In this document: in pieces, positions 44,350 through 50,922 of the stretch
How positions within the stretch are numbered: position 1 is the first letter of the stretch
Layout: every line of letters begins with the position of its first letter
Sequence record: OR352937.1
Direction: 5' to 3' (one strand)
From: Escherichia phage AV106
DNA length: 50,922 bases
Notes under the pieces: model-generated
Seen by the model: the letters and a program-made list of their open reading frames with translations, nothing else
Told to the model about the DNA's origin: nothing
Database searches by the model: none
Made by a program: the position numbers and the translations under genes

Positions 44350-45918
44350 ATGTTTAATATTAAGCCAAAACTGAATTACCAACAGATTATTGAGATCGCC
44401 AATAGCACTGGAGTTAATCCGGTGGCGATCGCAATTCGTGAAAACAGCTATGGTGACTCAGTTTCATTTTGGCAAGATCCGATCGATATCAATAGCGGCA
44501 ACGATAAGTTCCCTCTGATTTCGTTAGGTGGCGATAACCTGGTATTCGAATATGCAAAAGCAAAGGCCGAGTCTGTACAGTTCCCTGTTTCGTCTGCGTA
44601 CGCTCATTTCATTGGGTGCATATCAGCCGCGATGCTCGGGAAGTTTTGGGTGCAATATCACGGAGAAGAACAACCAACCGCTCTTTACATGGTAATCAGC
44701 CAGCCACCGTCAACAGGTAAATCTGCGATTAACTCCGCAGCGATTACGCCTATGCGCGCAGAGATTCAGCGACTGAATGAAGAGCGAAAAAAGGAACGTA
44801 TCCGTTTAACCAGTCAGCTACGTCAGGTCGAGAAGGAAATTAAAAACGACCCGAAGGGTAACACGACGGCAGCGCTATACGAGGACAAGGAAAAACTGGA
44901 AGAAAAGATCAAGAAGATGGCTGATATTGTTTTCGCTGTATCAGATCCTACACCTGAAGGTCTTGCGAAGGTGGCGGCTGTTCAAGGTCACTTCTCAGTA
45001 ATCTCTGATGAGGCGACAGCAATCAACACATTGCTCGGCCTGACTTATGGCGGCTCTGATAAGAAATCAAACAGCGAACTTATCCTTAAGGCGTGGGATA
45101 AAAACCATATGGAGGTCGCGCGTTCAAACCAAGACAACAACTTATCTCTTTGCCCGGTCGGTTCGATCTGCGTCATTGCGCAGGATGAAACAATCAAGGG
45201 TATCATGGACGCAGGCCAGCGAGGCATCGGCGTATCTGAGCGTTTCCTTTTAGTTCGTGAGGAGCCGCTTTTAGGTACTCGTATTCTTTGTGATGAAAAT
45301 GGTGATGCGCTGTATAAGGAAGTCGATCGAGGATTGGTGAGTAAATATTATCGACTCGTGCACAACATCATGAAAGAGGATAACGTTGTTCTCTCTGTAA
45401 GCCGTAATGCTATGCGTGAATTAAACCTTGCGCGTCAGGCTATGGAACCGGATTTCGCCGCAGGTGGGAAATACTCTCACTCAATGCTACGCGGTCATCT
45501 CGGCAAGTTCGATAAGCACGCCTTGCGTATTGCTTCAGTTCTCCACACGATCAAAAATTGGGATGGTGAATCACCGAACCGTTCCAACCGTGAGATTGAC
45601 CTTGAAACGATGCAGGAAGCAATCATGATCTTCAATGAGCTTTCCAGGACTTATCTGTCGTCTGCCAGCGCTGCCGGGTATGCAGGTGATGAGGCTGAAT
45701 CTCGTAAGCTGATTGATGTTATCACTGAGATCGCGAAGAAGAACAAAGGCCGCGCACCTATTCATAGCATCGTTGCAAAGTGCCGGAACGTTACTCCGTT
45801 CAACGGTCAACAGAAAGTATCTGAGAGAATAGATAGCCTGCTGATCACGCTCGAAGAGATGAACTACACTTGCCGCATTGATGATATTGTTTTCATCAAT
45901 CCTAGACTGATGGGTTAA
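44350..45918 (+). CDS. P-loop NTPase, candidate replication or helicase-loader ATPase
   Basis: Start moved to ATG behind RBS AAGGAG; Walker A-like QPPSTGKSA; long Lys/Glu-rich helical segment. Confidence 0.4.
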   Translation: MFNIKPKLNYQQIIEIANSTGVNPVAIAIRENSYGDSVSFWQDPIDINSGNDKFPLISLGGDNLVFEYAKAKAESVQFPVSSAYAHFIGCISAAMLGKFWVQYHGEEQPTALYMVISQPPSTGKSAINSAAITPMRAEIQRLNEERKKERIRLTSQLRQVEKEIKNDPKGNTTAALYEDKEKLEEKIKKMADIVFAVSDPTPEGLAKVAAVQGHFSVISDEATAINTLLGLTYGGSDKKSNSELILKAWDKNHMEVARSNQDNNLSLCPVGSICVIAQDETIKGIMDAGQRGIGVSERFLLVREEPLLGTRILCDENGDALYKEVDRGLVSKYYRLVHNIMKEDNVVLSVSRNAMRELNLARQAMEPDFAAGGKYSHSMLRGHLGKFDKHALRIASVLHTIKNWDGESPNRSNREIDLETMQEAIMIFNELSRTYLSSASAAGYAGDEAESRKLIDVITEIAKKNKGRAPIHSIVAKCRNVTPFNGQQKVSERIDSLLITLEEMNYTCRIDDIVFINPRLMG

Positions 45919-45922
45919 TAAT

Positions 45923-46330
45923 ATGCTTCTTCTTTTAGATCTGTTCAGGTTCTGCGAAGGTTACGACAAATACACTCGACAGCACATAGCGAAATTTATA
46001 TACGCCCACAAGGAAAGTGAGCGTTTTGCTAAGGCTGCTGGAATGACTCGCCGTGAATTTACAAGCGCGCTATCTAAGGAGTTTTGCGCTCGTTGCGTGA
46101 CTGAGGGTTACTTAGATCGCAATGATGGAGTTTACTGGTGCAAGGGAAAGATTAAGCGCCCGGTAATGATGAAGCTGATGTGTATTGATGGCTACAACAA
46201 TCGGTATACGTGGGAAATGATGCACATTGGAGAGATGAGTGATGAAGATTTGTTTGGCGAACGTAGAAACATTGATAGATCGGAACGTCGAATTGTGCGC
46301 AAGGCTCCAGCTTACGAAAGAAGAATTTGA
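45923..46330 (+). CDS. Hypothetical protein
   Basis: 135 aa; several Cys (CxxC-like). Confidence 0.35.
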   Translation: MLLLLDLFRFCEGYDKYTRQHIAKFIYAHKESERFAKAAGMTRREFTSALSKEFCARCVTEGYLDRNDGVYWCKGKIKRPVMMKLMCIDGYNNRYTWEMMHIGEMSDEDLFGERRNIDRSERRIVRKAPAYERRI

Positions 46331-46442
46331 GCAAGGGTTGTTGAGTCTGTTACTCACTTCAATGAGGGCCAGTAACGAAAGCGAGCATAATCTTTGCGAT
46401 AAGGAGGGGGAGTTACTCCTTCATGTGAAAAGGTACAAATAA

Positions 46443-46470
46443 GAAAGGAGGCTTAGCCTCCTTTTTTTCC
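46443..46470. terminator. Bidirectional terminator between the convergent plus early array and lysis cassette
   Basis: AGGAGGC-tta-GCCTCCT followed by TTTTTTT. Confidence 0.6.
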
Positions 46471-46857
46471 GTTCTTACGAAGTGAAAAATAAATCATCAA
46501 CAGGCCAATAAAAACGAGAGTCCACCCTACAATTGCATCGTACCAGTTCCCCGGTTTTGTTACCGTGATGCTTTCAGCGTTAACCGTGTTAGCCTGAATG
46601 GTTGACACTTCTACAGACTTCTTGACGGATGAGTCAATCTTGCCAATATTTGAATCACTCACCTTCACTTCTCGCTTATCGTCGGCCTTTGCAGTAACTC
46701 CCGCCAGTTGCTTCGTGTTCTCAGCGCCAACCTGCGCAGTAACATCCGGGGAGTCAGAAAGTAAACCGCTCAGAGCAGATGCCGTCGAGCAACCGGATAG
46801 AGAAATAACACCAACAGCCACTGCAATCGCAATGCACGTTTTCTTCAGTTTCATCAT
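46453..46857 (-). CDS. Unimolecular spanin (lipoprotein with C-terminal transmembrane anchor)
   Basis: 134 aa; N-terminal signal peptide with lipobox LSGC and C-terminal helix [19 protein letters not shown], the topology described for T1 gp11; directly downstream of the endolysin. Confidence 0.6.
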   Translation of the reverse strand: MMKLKKTCIAIAVAVGVISLSGCSTASALSGLLSDSPDVTAQVGAENTKQLAGVTAKADDKREVKVSDSNIGKIDSSVKKSVEVSTIQANTVNAESITVTKPGNWYDAIVGWTLVFIGLLMIYFSLRKNGKKGG

Positions 46858-47342
46858 AATTCCTTAACGCAATACGCGTATTCTTCAGCGCGTCGGTTCT
46901 TTAGTCCTCTAGACACTTCGCGCTTTTTGGTTTTTGGGTTGTAGTAGTATACCCATCGCCATAACTGATTGCACGCTTCCTTGTGCTTACTCTGATTTAT
47001 TAGCTTAAGCATTGTAGAAGATCCGAACGCGCCAGTACCGACGTTGAAAGTGAAGCTGTACAGTGACGCGCGCATCGTTACCGGAATATCAACATTCACC
47101 TTTTTGTCAACGTATCGCTGAGCGACTCCGATATGTTTTATCAGCAATGCATCGCATTCTCGCTTAGTGTATTTCTTGCCAGGTATGACGTCCGGCCCGG
47201 TTATTCCGCTGCATACTGTAGGGACTCCGGCTATATCGTAATACACCTCGTATTCTATCCCTTCGATTCGTTCCAGTAGTGTAGGTGTCAACGTCAAAGC
47301 GGCCCCGATCGATGCGCCTATAACGTTATTTTTTAAGCTCAT
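46854..47342 (-). CDS. SAR endolysin (phage lysozyme with signal-anchor-release N-terminus)
   Basis: 162 aa; Gly/Ala-rich weakly hydrophobic N-terminus [17 protein letters not shown] followed by the conserved lysozyme core (EGxxY...VPTVCSG...YSFTFNVG); resembles P21-type R lysozymes; RBS GGAGATA. Confidence 0.75.
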   Translation of the reverse strand: MSLKNNVIGASIGAALTLTPTLLERIEGIEYEVYYDIAGVPTVCSGITGPDVIPGKKYTKRECDALLIKHIGVAQRYVDKKVNVDIPVTMRASLYSFTFNVGTGAFGSSTMLKLINQSKHKEACNQLWRWVYYYNPKTKKREVSRGLKNRRAEEYAYCVKEL

Positions 47343-47557
47343 TATCTCCCCCTGATCTTAAGCGCCTTATTTAGATCGCCATCGTTTAACGCTTCCTGAA
47401 TCGCCTTGCTATCACGATACTTCCAGTATGCTCCCCAAGCACCAAAAAGCAGAAAGCAAATGAATGTAGCGCCAGCAATGTAAAGTTGCCCGGTAGCGGC
47501 CCCGACTAATGAAGCGCCGCCCGTGCTGGACGTCGCAGCGGTTAAAAATTCTTTCAT
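47342..47557 (-). CDS. Holin, pinholin-like with two transmembrane segments
   Basis: Start moved to ATG (MKEFLTAA) behind RBS GGTGAG; TMD1 Gly/Ala-rich (SAR-like), TMD2 [14 protein letters not shown], charged C-terminus; directly upstream of the SAR endolysin. Confidence 0.55.
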   Translation of the reverse strand: MKEFLTAATSSTGGASLVGAATGQLYIAGATFICFLLFGAWGAYWKYRDSKAIQEALNDGDLNKALKIRGR

Positions 47558-47675
47558 AATCTCACCATATATTTTTTGAACAAGTGAGTCGATTTTAACC
47601 TTCAAATTTATTTTATACAACGCAAAAAGGCCAGCATGTAAATCATGCCAGCCCGTAAGGTTATGAATGATATTG

Positions 47676-47852
47676 TTAATCTAGCTCAATAAATTCCAGG
47701 TAATGACCATTCAGAGGAGCTTGGATTGTTGAACCTCTACCATCGTAAATCTCAAACAATCCACCTCCGAAATCATAACCAACACTATAGATCTGATTTA
47801 CGCGGAATGGAAGCGTTTTGGAATCATTTCGGATGCACTTAACTCGTTTCAT
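47676..47852 (-). CDS. Hypothetical small protein (58 aa, absent from the ORF track)
   Basis: ATG behind RBS AAAGAGGG, with a degenerate dyad motif and TATATT 22 bp apart upstream; translates MKRVKCIRNDSKTLPFRVNQIYSVGYDFGGGLFEIYDGRGSTIQAPLNGHYLEFIELD. Confidence 0.35.
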   Translation of the reverse strand: MKRVKCIRNDSKTLPFRVNQIYSVGYDFGGGLFEIYDGRGSTIQAPLNGHYLEFIELD

Positions 47853-47881
47853 GAAATACCCTCTTTGTTTTCTATGTGGTC

Positions 47882-47924
47882 AATATACCCGAATCCCTTC
47901 GGGAATTTTTGGCGATTAGTGCGA
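47882..47924 (-). promoter_or_regulatory. Degenerate dyad-motif promoter upstream of small ORF 47676..47852
   Basis: GATCGCACTAATCGCCAAAAA, 22 bp, TATATT; hairpin CCCGAA...TTCGGG. Confidence 0.4.
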
Positions 47925-49067
47925 TCCTGTCATTTCTGGACGATAGATGAATCGACCGATTTCACCAAACTGTTTATCGTAAACGATTACCGCCGCCTGG
48001 CGATATGAGCGCCACCCGCCTCGCGCTGCGTATGCATCTTTCGCGCCTAACTGCCCGTGAACCTCATCAATACCTAACGAGTGCTCAGTGATTGTCTGAT
48101 GATGCCAGTGTCCGCTATGCGTGTACACGTATTTGCTTTCACCAAAATCTGCGCGGAAATCTGCTGCCATAGCTGCGAGTCGAGTCTCTGCTTTTTTCAT
48201 CGTGTGACCGTGAGTATATCCCAGCAAAGTATTTCCCCAGCGAGTCTTATGTAGAACCATAGGGCTTACGTCAACGAATACTCTTGGCTCGTCTTCATAG
48301 TATGCAGCCATTGCGGCGCGCAACCAAATCATCCCGGCCTGGTCGTGGTTTCCTTCGACAACCTGAACTTCGACCTCTTTGTGTTTAGTCAGCATTTTGT
48401 CGATAGCTCGTCGCACCGATCGAATAGCCACATGCACCAATTTCGCATATCGTGAATCCTGATCCAGAACGTGACCACTTGCCGGGGTAACAGCATCAAG
48501 ACCGTCTGAGTGAAGGAAGTCGCCGCCGATTAACAGAACAGCCTTCTCTGCGTTCGGGGCAATATCGATCGCGTAGTTAAAGAAGTCATTCAGCACTTTT
48601 TCCGCTACGTCTGTAGAGTAGTTCTCTCCGCATTCATGCTTGTGAGCAAGCGCGCCAATGTGAAGATCGAACACCGGGTAGAGTGCTAGCTTGCCAATAG
48701 CGGTTGTAAGCCCTTGCGAGGTGAGTAGCTCAGTTGGTTTTGCTCGCGGCAAGTCTTCACAGAATGCAATACGCGCTGCTTCCATCATTGCAGCAATCTT
48801 CTCTCGGTCCTGATCGGTCTTAACCCATCGCACTACCTCGGTCCCATCGCCGCGAATCATCGTTGATGTGCCTTTTACCATGAATCCTTCCGGTACGTTC
48901 TTAGCAACATGCTCGTTACCGTGGAAGTGACCTTCTTTTGCAAGTTTGGCGTGACGCGCTTCAACTGTGCGGATGTGCATACCGTACTTTTCCGCGATCT
49001 CGCGAAGTGTAAGGCCGCTCATGCGCTCTTCGATAAGTTGCTCGGTAGTGATTTTAGCTTGTGACAT
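47916..49067 (-). CDS. Calcineurin-like metallophosphoesterase with N-terminal HTH domain
   Basis: 383 aa; N-terminal LTLREIAEKYGMHIRTVEARHAKL (HTH-like); phosphoesterase motifs GDFLHSD, GNHD, GHWHH. Confidence 0.6.
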   Translation of the reverse strand: MSQAKITTEQLIEERMSGLTLREIAEKYGMHIRTVEARHAKLAKEGHFHGNEHVAKNVPEGFMVKGTSTMIRGDGTEVVRWVKTDQDREKIAAMMEAARIAFCEDLPRAKPTELLTSQGLTTAIGKLALYPVFDLHIGALAHKHECGENYSTDVAEKVLNDFFNYAIDIAPNAEKAVLLIGGDFLHSDGLDAVTPASGHVLDQDSRYAKLVHVAIRSVRRAIDKMLTKHKEVEVQVVEGNHDQAGMIWLRAAMAAYYEDEPRVFVDVSPMVLHKTRWGNTLLGYTHGHTMKKAETRLAAMAADFRADFGESKYVYTHSGHWHHQTITEHSLGIDEVHGQLGAKDAYAARGGWRSYRQAAVIVYDKQFGEIGRFIYRPEMTGSH

Positions 49068-49145
49068 ATTTTAATCCTTACATGATAATGAAATACATTA
49101 CTGAAAATGAAATTAGCGGTGTTAATACTACAGCAAAATAAAGAT

Positions 49146-49547
49146 TCATGCCACAGCCTTTAACCAGAATCCTAGATCTGACGATTTAAACTCAACCAGC
49201 TTTCCGTCAACCTCAAGCATCATACTGTTTCTACCAGGTGAGTAATAACCTATATGCAACTCCTGATCGATCCCTATGGTACACAGCACGTTTGCGAAGT
49301 CAGGAGGCAACCAATCAGAGAAAGGTATTTTCTTAACCTGCTTCTTTCCGATCCATATGGTCTGGTAATCGTCTTCGTTAATGTTTAAGCCTGGAAGGCT
49401 TGTTGTTCTTTGCTGCTTTTCGTTCTCTCTCAATTCTCTTTCCCTCTTCACGATAAAACTCAAGTGACGGAGTTGCTGGCACTCTATGCATTTTTCTCGG
49501 CATATCTTCCATAAATGAAATCTTGCCATTTGAGATAATGCTAACAT
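49146..49547 (-). CDS. Hypothetical protein (start uncertain)
   Basis: 133 aa in the track; overlaps ORF 49378..49650 in another frame and a dyad-like sequence lies inside the overlap. Confidence 0.3.
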   Translation of the reverse strand: MLALSQMARFHLWKICREKCIECQQLRHLSFIVKRERELRENEKQQRTTSLPGLNINEDDYQTIWIGKKQVKKIPFSDWLPPDFANVLCTIGIDQELHIGYYSPGRNSMMLEVDGKLVEFKSSDLGFWLKAVA

Positions 49548-49627
49548 CCTTTATATAGAAATATTTCGCTATTAGTGCTATATCGTCTGAGATTCCGCAT
49601 TCCTTCGCGTGCTCCCAAACCTCTCGT

Positions 49628-49837
49628 TTACCTTGTTTTTTTATCAGCATTGGTTAGTTTCTCCACGCTTTCAATAAAACACTCAACATCTTTGACTGAG
49701 CAGAGGTAATAAGCCATTTTAAGGAAGTTCATAGCAATATCCCAATCAAAGTTACCGCCTTTCTTGTCAGTGATATGAACAGCCATTTTTGCGGACTGTT
49801 GAGCGATATTGAAAAAGTTTGCGTTAATGCGTGCCAT
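49628..49837 (-). CDS. Hypothetical protein
   Basis: 69 aa; RBS GAGGAATAAGAAG; dyad motif and TATAGT upstream. Confidence 0.4.
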   Translation of the reverse strand: MARINANFFNIAQQSAKMAVHITDKKGGNFDWDIAMNFLKMAYYLCSVKDVECFIESVEKLTNADKKTR

Positions 49838-49869
49838 CTTCTTATTCCTCGTTTCGTTTTGATGAAATA

Positions 49870-49915
49870 ACTATACCCGACTTTCGCCGGGTAGTTTTAG
49901 CAATTAGTGCTGTAA
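49870..49915 (-). promoter_or_regulatory. Dyad-motif promoter
   Basis: TACAGCACTAATTGCTAAAAC, 22 bp, TATAGT in the loop of ACCCGG...CGGGT. Confidence 0.55.
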
Positions 49916-50155
49916 GATCGTGTCGGATTTAAGTTCTTCTACGTCTTTCTGAATGATTGAAGGCCAATGCTCGATGTGTTTATTCTTTATCTCATCGAAC
50001 GACATATCAAGAGAACTTGTAAACTCCCATAAATCGCAACCAATAACATCTTTAGTTAATCCGTTTCGCTCCATAATTTCGCAGCACGTAGCGCGATAAA
50101 GAAGCCATAACCCTTGATCAGTTAATTTAACAGGAACCATTTTTTCGCTCATCAT
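49904..50155 (-). CDS. Hypothetical protein
   Basis: 83 aa; ATGA overlap with the methyltransferase gene. Confidence 0.4.
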   Translation of the reverse strand: MMSEKMVPVKLTDQGLWLLYRATCCEIMERNGLTKDVIGCDLWEFTSSLDMSFDEIKNKHIEHWPSIIQKDVEELKSDTILQH

Positions 50156-50865
50156 ACTTTTCTCACCTTTGCTCGTTTGTTTTTAACGGAAGGACAAATA
50201 CTTGTGATTGGGATGTAGTGAGTCTGTTGCGTCTCACCTTCTTTAAGTTCGCGCATAATAAAAATAACCGAACCTTTGTTGTTGCCGTCTACGGCTTTTC
50301 CAGTTTCACCGGATATGAAAGCTAGACGACCGGATCGTGCGTATTCATTGCCGTCAATATCCTCAGTCAAATCAGCTTCAATCCAGATGATTTCAGCCGC
50401 GTGCTGTCGAGCCTCAGTAAACCACGCCGTCGAGTTATCGGCAGGTAAAAGAATATCGATCTGGTTGTTGTGCTCCATTTCCTCAATCGCTTTCTTGACG
50501 AATATATCAGGTCGACTGTAAGGAGGATTTAACCATACGTGCTTATTTTTACCCCACCAACGTTTTAAGCAGTTTGTTTCCTGGGAATAAAACTTCTCGC
50601 AAACTTTATTTTCTTCGCTTGCCGCAGCGTCGAGGTCATATTTTCCGTAGCGACCCTCAAGGTATGCGATAACCTCGCGTGGGGTTGACCATAAATCACG
50701 AACTGCGTCAGGTGTATTGGTTCCCTTGTATCGACGTCCTGAAATCTCTTTGCAGGTTGGCGTTTTCAATGCTTGATAATAAACTCCTGATGCTATTGCT
50801 TCGCGAGTGAATGAGCACCCAGTTTCTGCAAAGTCGATTGTTTCGATATCATTAAAGTCTTTCAT
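50152..50865 (-). CDS. DNA N6-adenine methyltransferase (Dam-like, NPPY motif)
   Basis: 237 aa; catalytic WLNPPYSR and upstream DLDAAAS AdoMet-binding-like motif; RBS GAGAGGA. Confidence 0.7.
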   Translation of the reverse strand: MKDFNDIETIDFAETGCSFTREAIASGVYYQALKTPTCKEISGRRYKGTNTPDAVRDLWSTPREVIAYLEGRYGKYDLDAAASEENKVCEKFYSQETNCLKRWWGKNKHVWLNPPYSRPDIFVKKAIEEMEHNNQIDILLPADNSTAWFTEARQHAAEIIWIEADLTEDIDGNEYARSGRLAFISGETGKAVDGNNKGSVIFIMRELKEGETQQTHYIPITSICPSVKNKRAKVRKV

Positions 50866-50922
50866 TTTTAATCCTCTCGTTTCGGTGAGATAATAATGCC
50901 AGATTCCATTCCGGCAGTTTTA

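Noticed and set aside
49378-49650. 90-aa minus-strand ORF overlapping ORF 49146..49547 by about 170 nt in another frame
   Set aside because: The two cannot both be full length. A dyad-like sequence (TCGCTATTAGTGCTATATCG, 49566-49585) lies inside the overlap. I could not decide which frame is real from sequence alone, so I listed the longer one at low confidence.
1-50922. Prophage or integrative element features (integrase, repressor/anti-repressor switch, att sites)
   Set aside because: No tyrosine or serine recombinase-like ORF and no flanking bacterial genes; gene content fits a virulent phage genome.

Overview
The window reads as one complete, or nearly complete, genome of a virulent tailed phage of the T1-like siphovirus type (about 50.9 kb); the family assignment is inference from gene content, not a database hit. 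I found no integrase, lysogeny repressor, tRNA, rRNA or CRISPR array. Coding density is high and the genes fall into four blocks: (1) 1-8.8 kb, replication and recombination (VRR-NUC nuclease, SF2 helicase, HTH protein, primase, a plus-strand tail fibre with C-terminal self-chaperone domain, then SSB, ERF annealase and an exonuclease on the minus strand); (2) 9.3-31.1 kb, a Cor-like lipoprotein followed by a minus-strand late operon in lambda-like order (terminase small and large subunits, portal, head morphogenesis protein, scaffold, two paralogous decoration-like proteins, major capsid, connector proteins, major tail, G/GT chaperones with a -1 frameshift, tape measure, M/L/K/I-like proteins, J-like tip protein); (3) 31.1-46.4 kb, two divergent arrays of small early genes (minus strand 31.1-40.1 kb, plus strand 40.7-46.4 kb) including a dNMP kinase, a HAD phosphatase, a C5-cytosine methyltransferase and a P-loop ATPase; (4) 46.4-50.9 kb, a lysis cassette (pinholin, SAR endolysin, unimolecular spanin), an HTH-metallophosphoesterase and an NPPY (Dam-like) methyltransferase. 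The most interesting signal is non-coding: more than 20 copies of a 15-bp dyad, TAGCA-N5-TGCTA (consensus AATAGCACgaaTTGCTAAAAC), most of them sitting exactly 22 bp upstream of a -10-like hexamer that lies in the loop of a short hairpin, followed by a shared leader AACCAATCAGGAGA and the start codon. That geometry puts the dyad centre near -42 and suggests a phage-specific, factor-dependent promoter regulon. Two roughly 80-bp paralogous AT-rich modules mark both strand-switch regions. Coordinates I derived by hand (adjusted starts, small ORFs, motifs) may be off by 1-2 nt; ORF-track coordinates include the stop codon.
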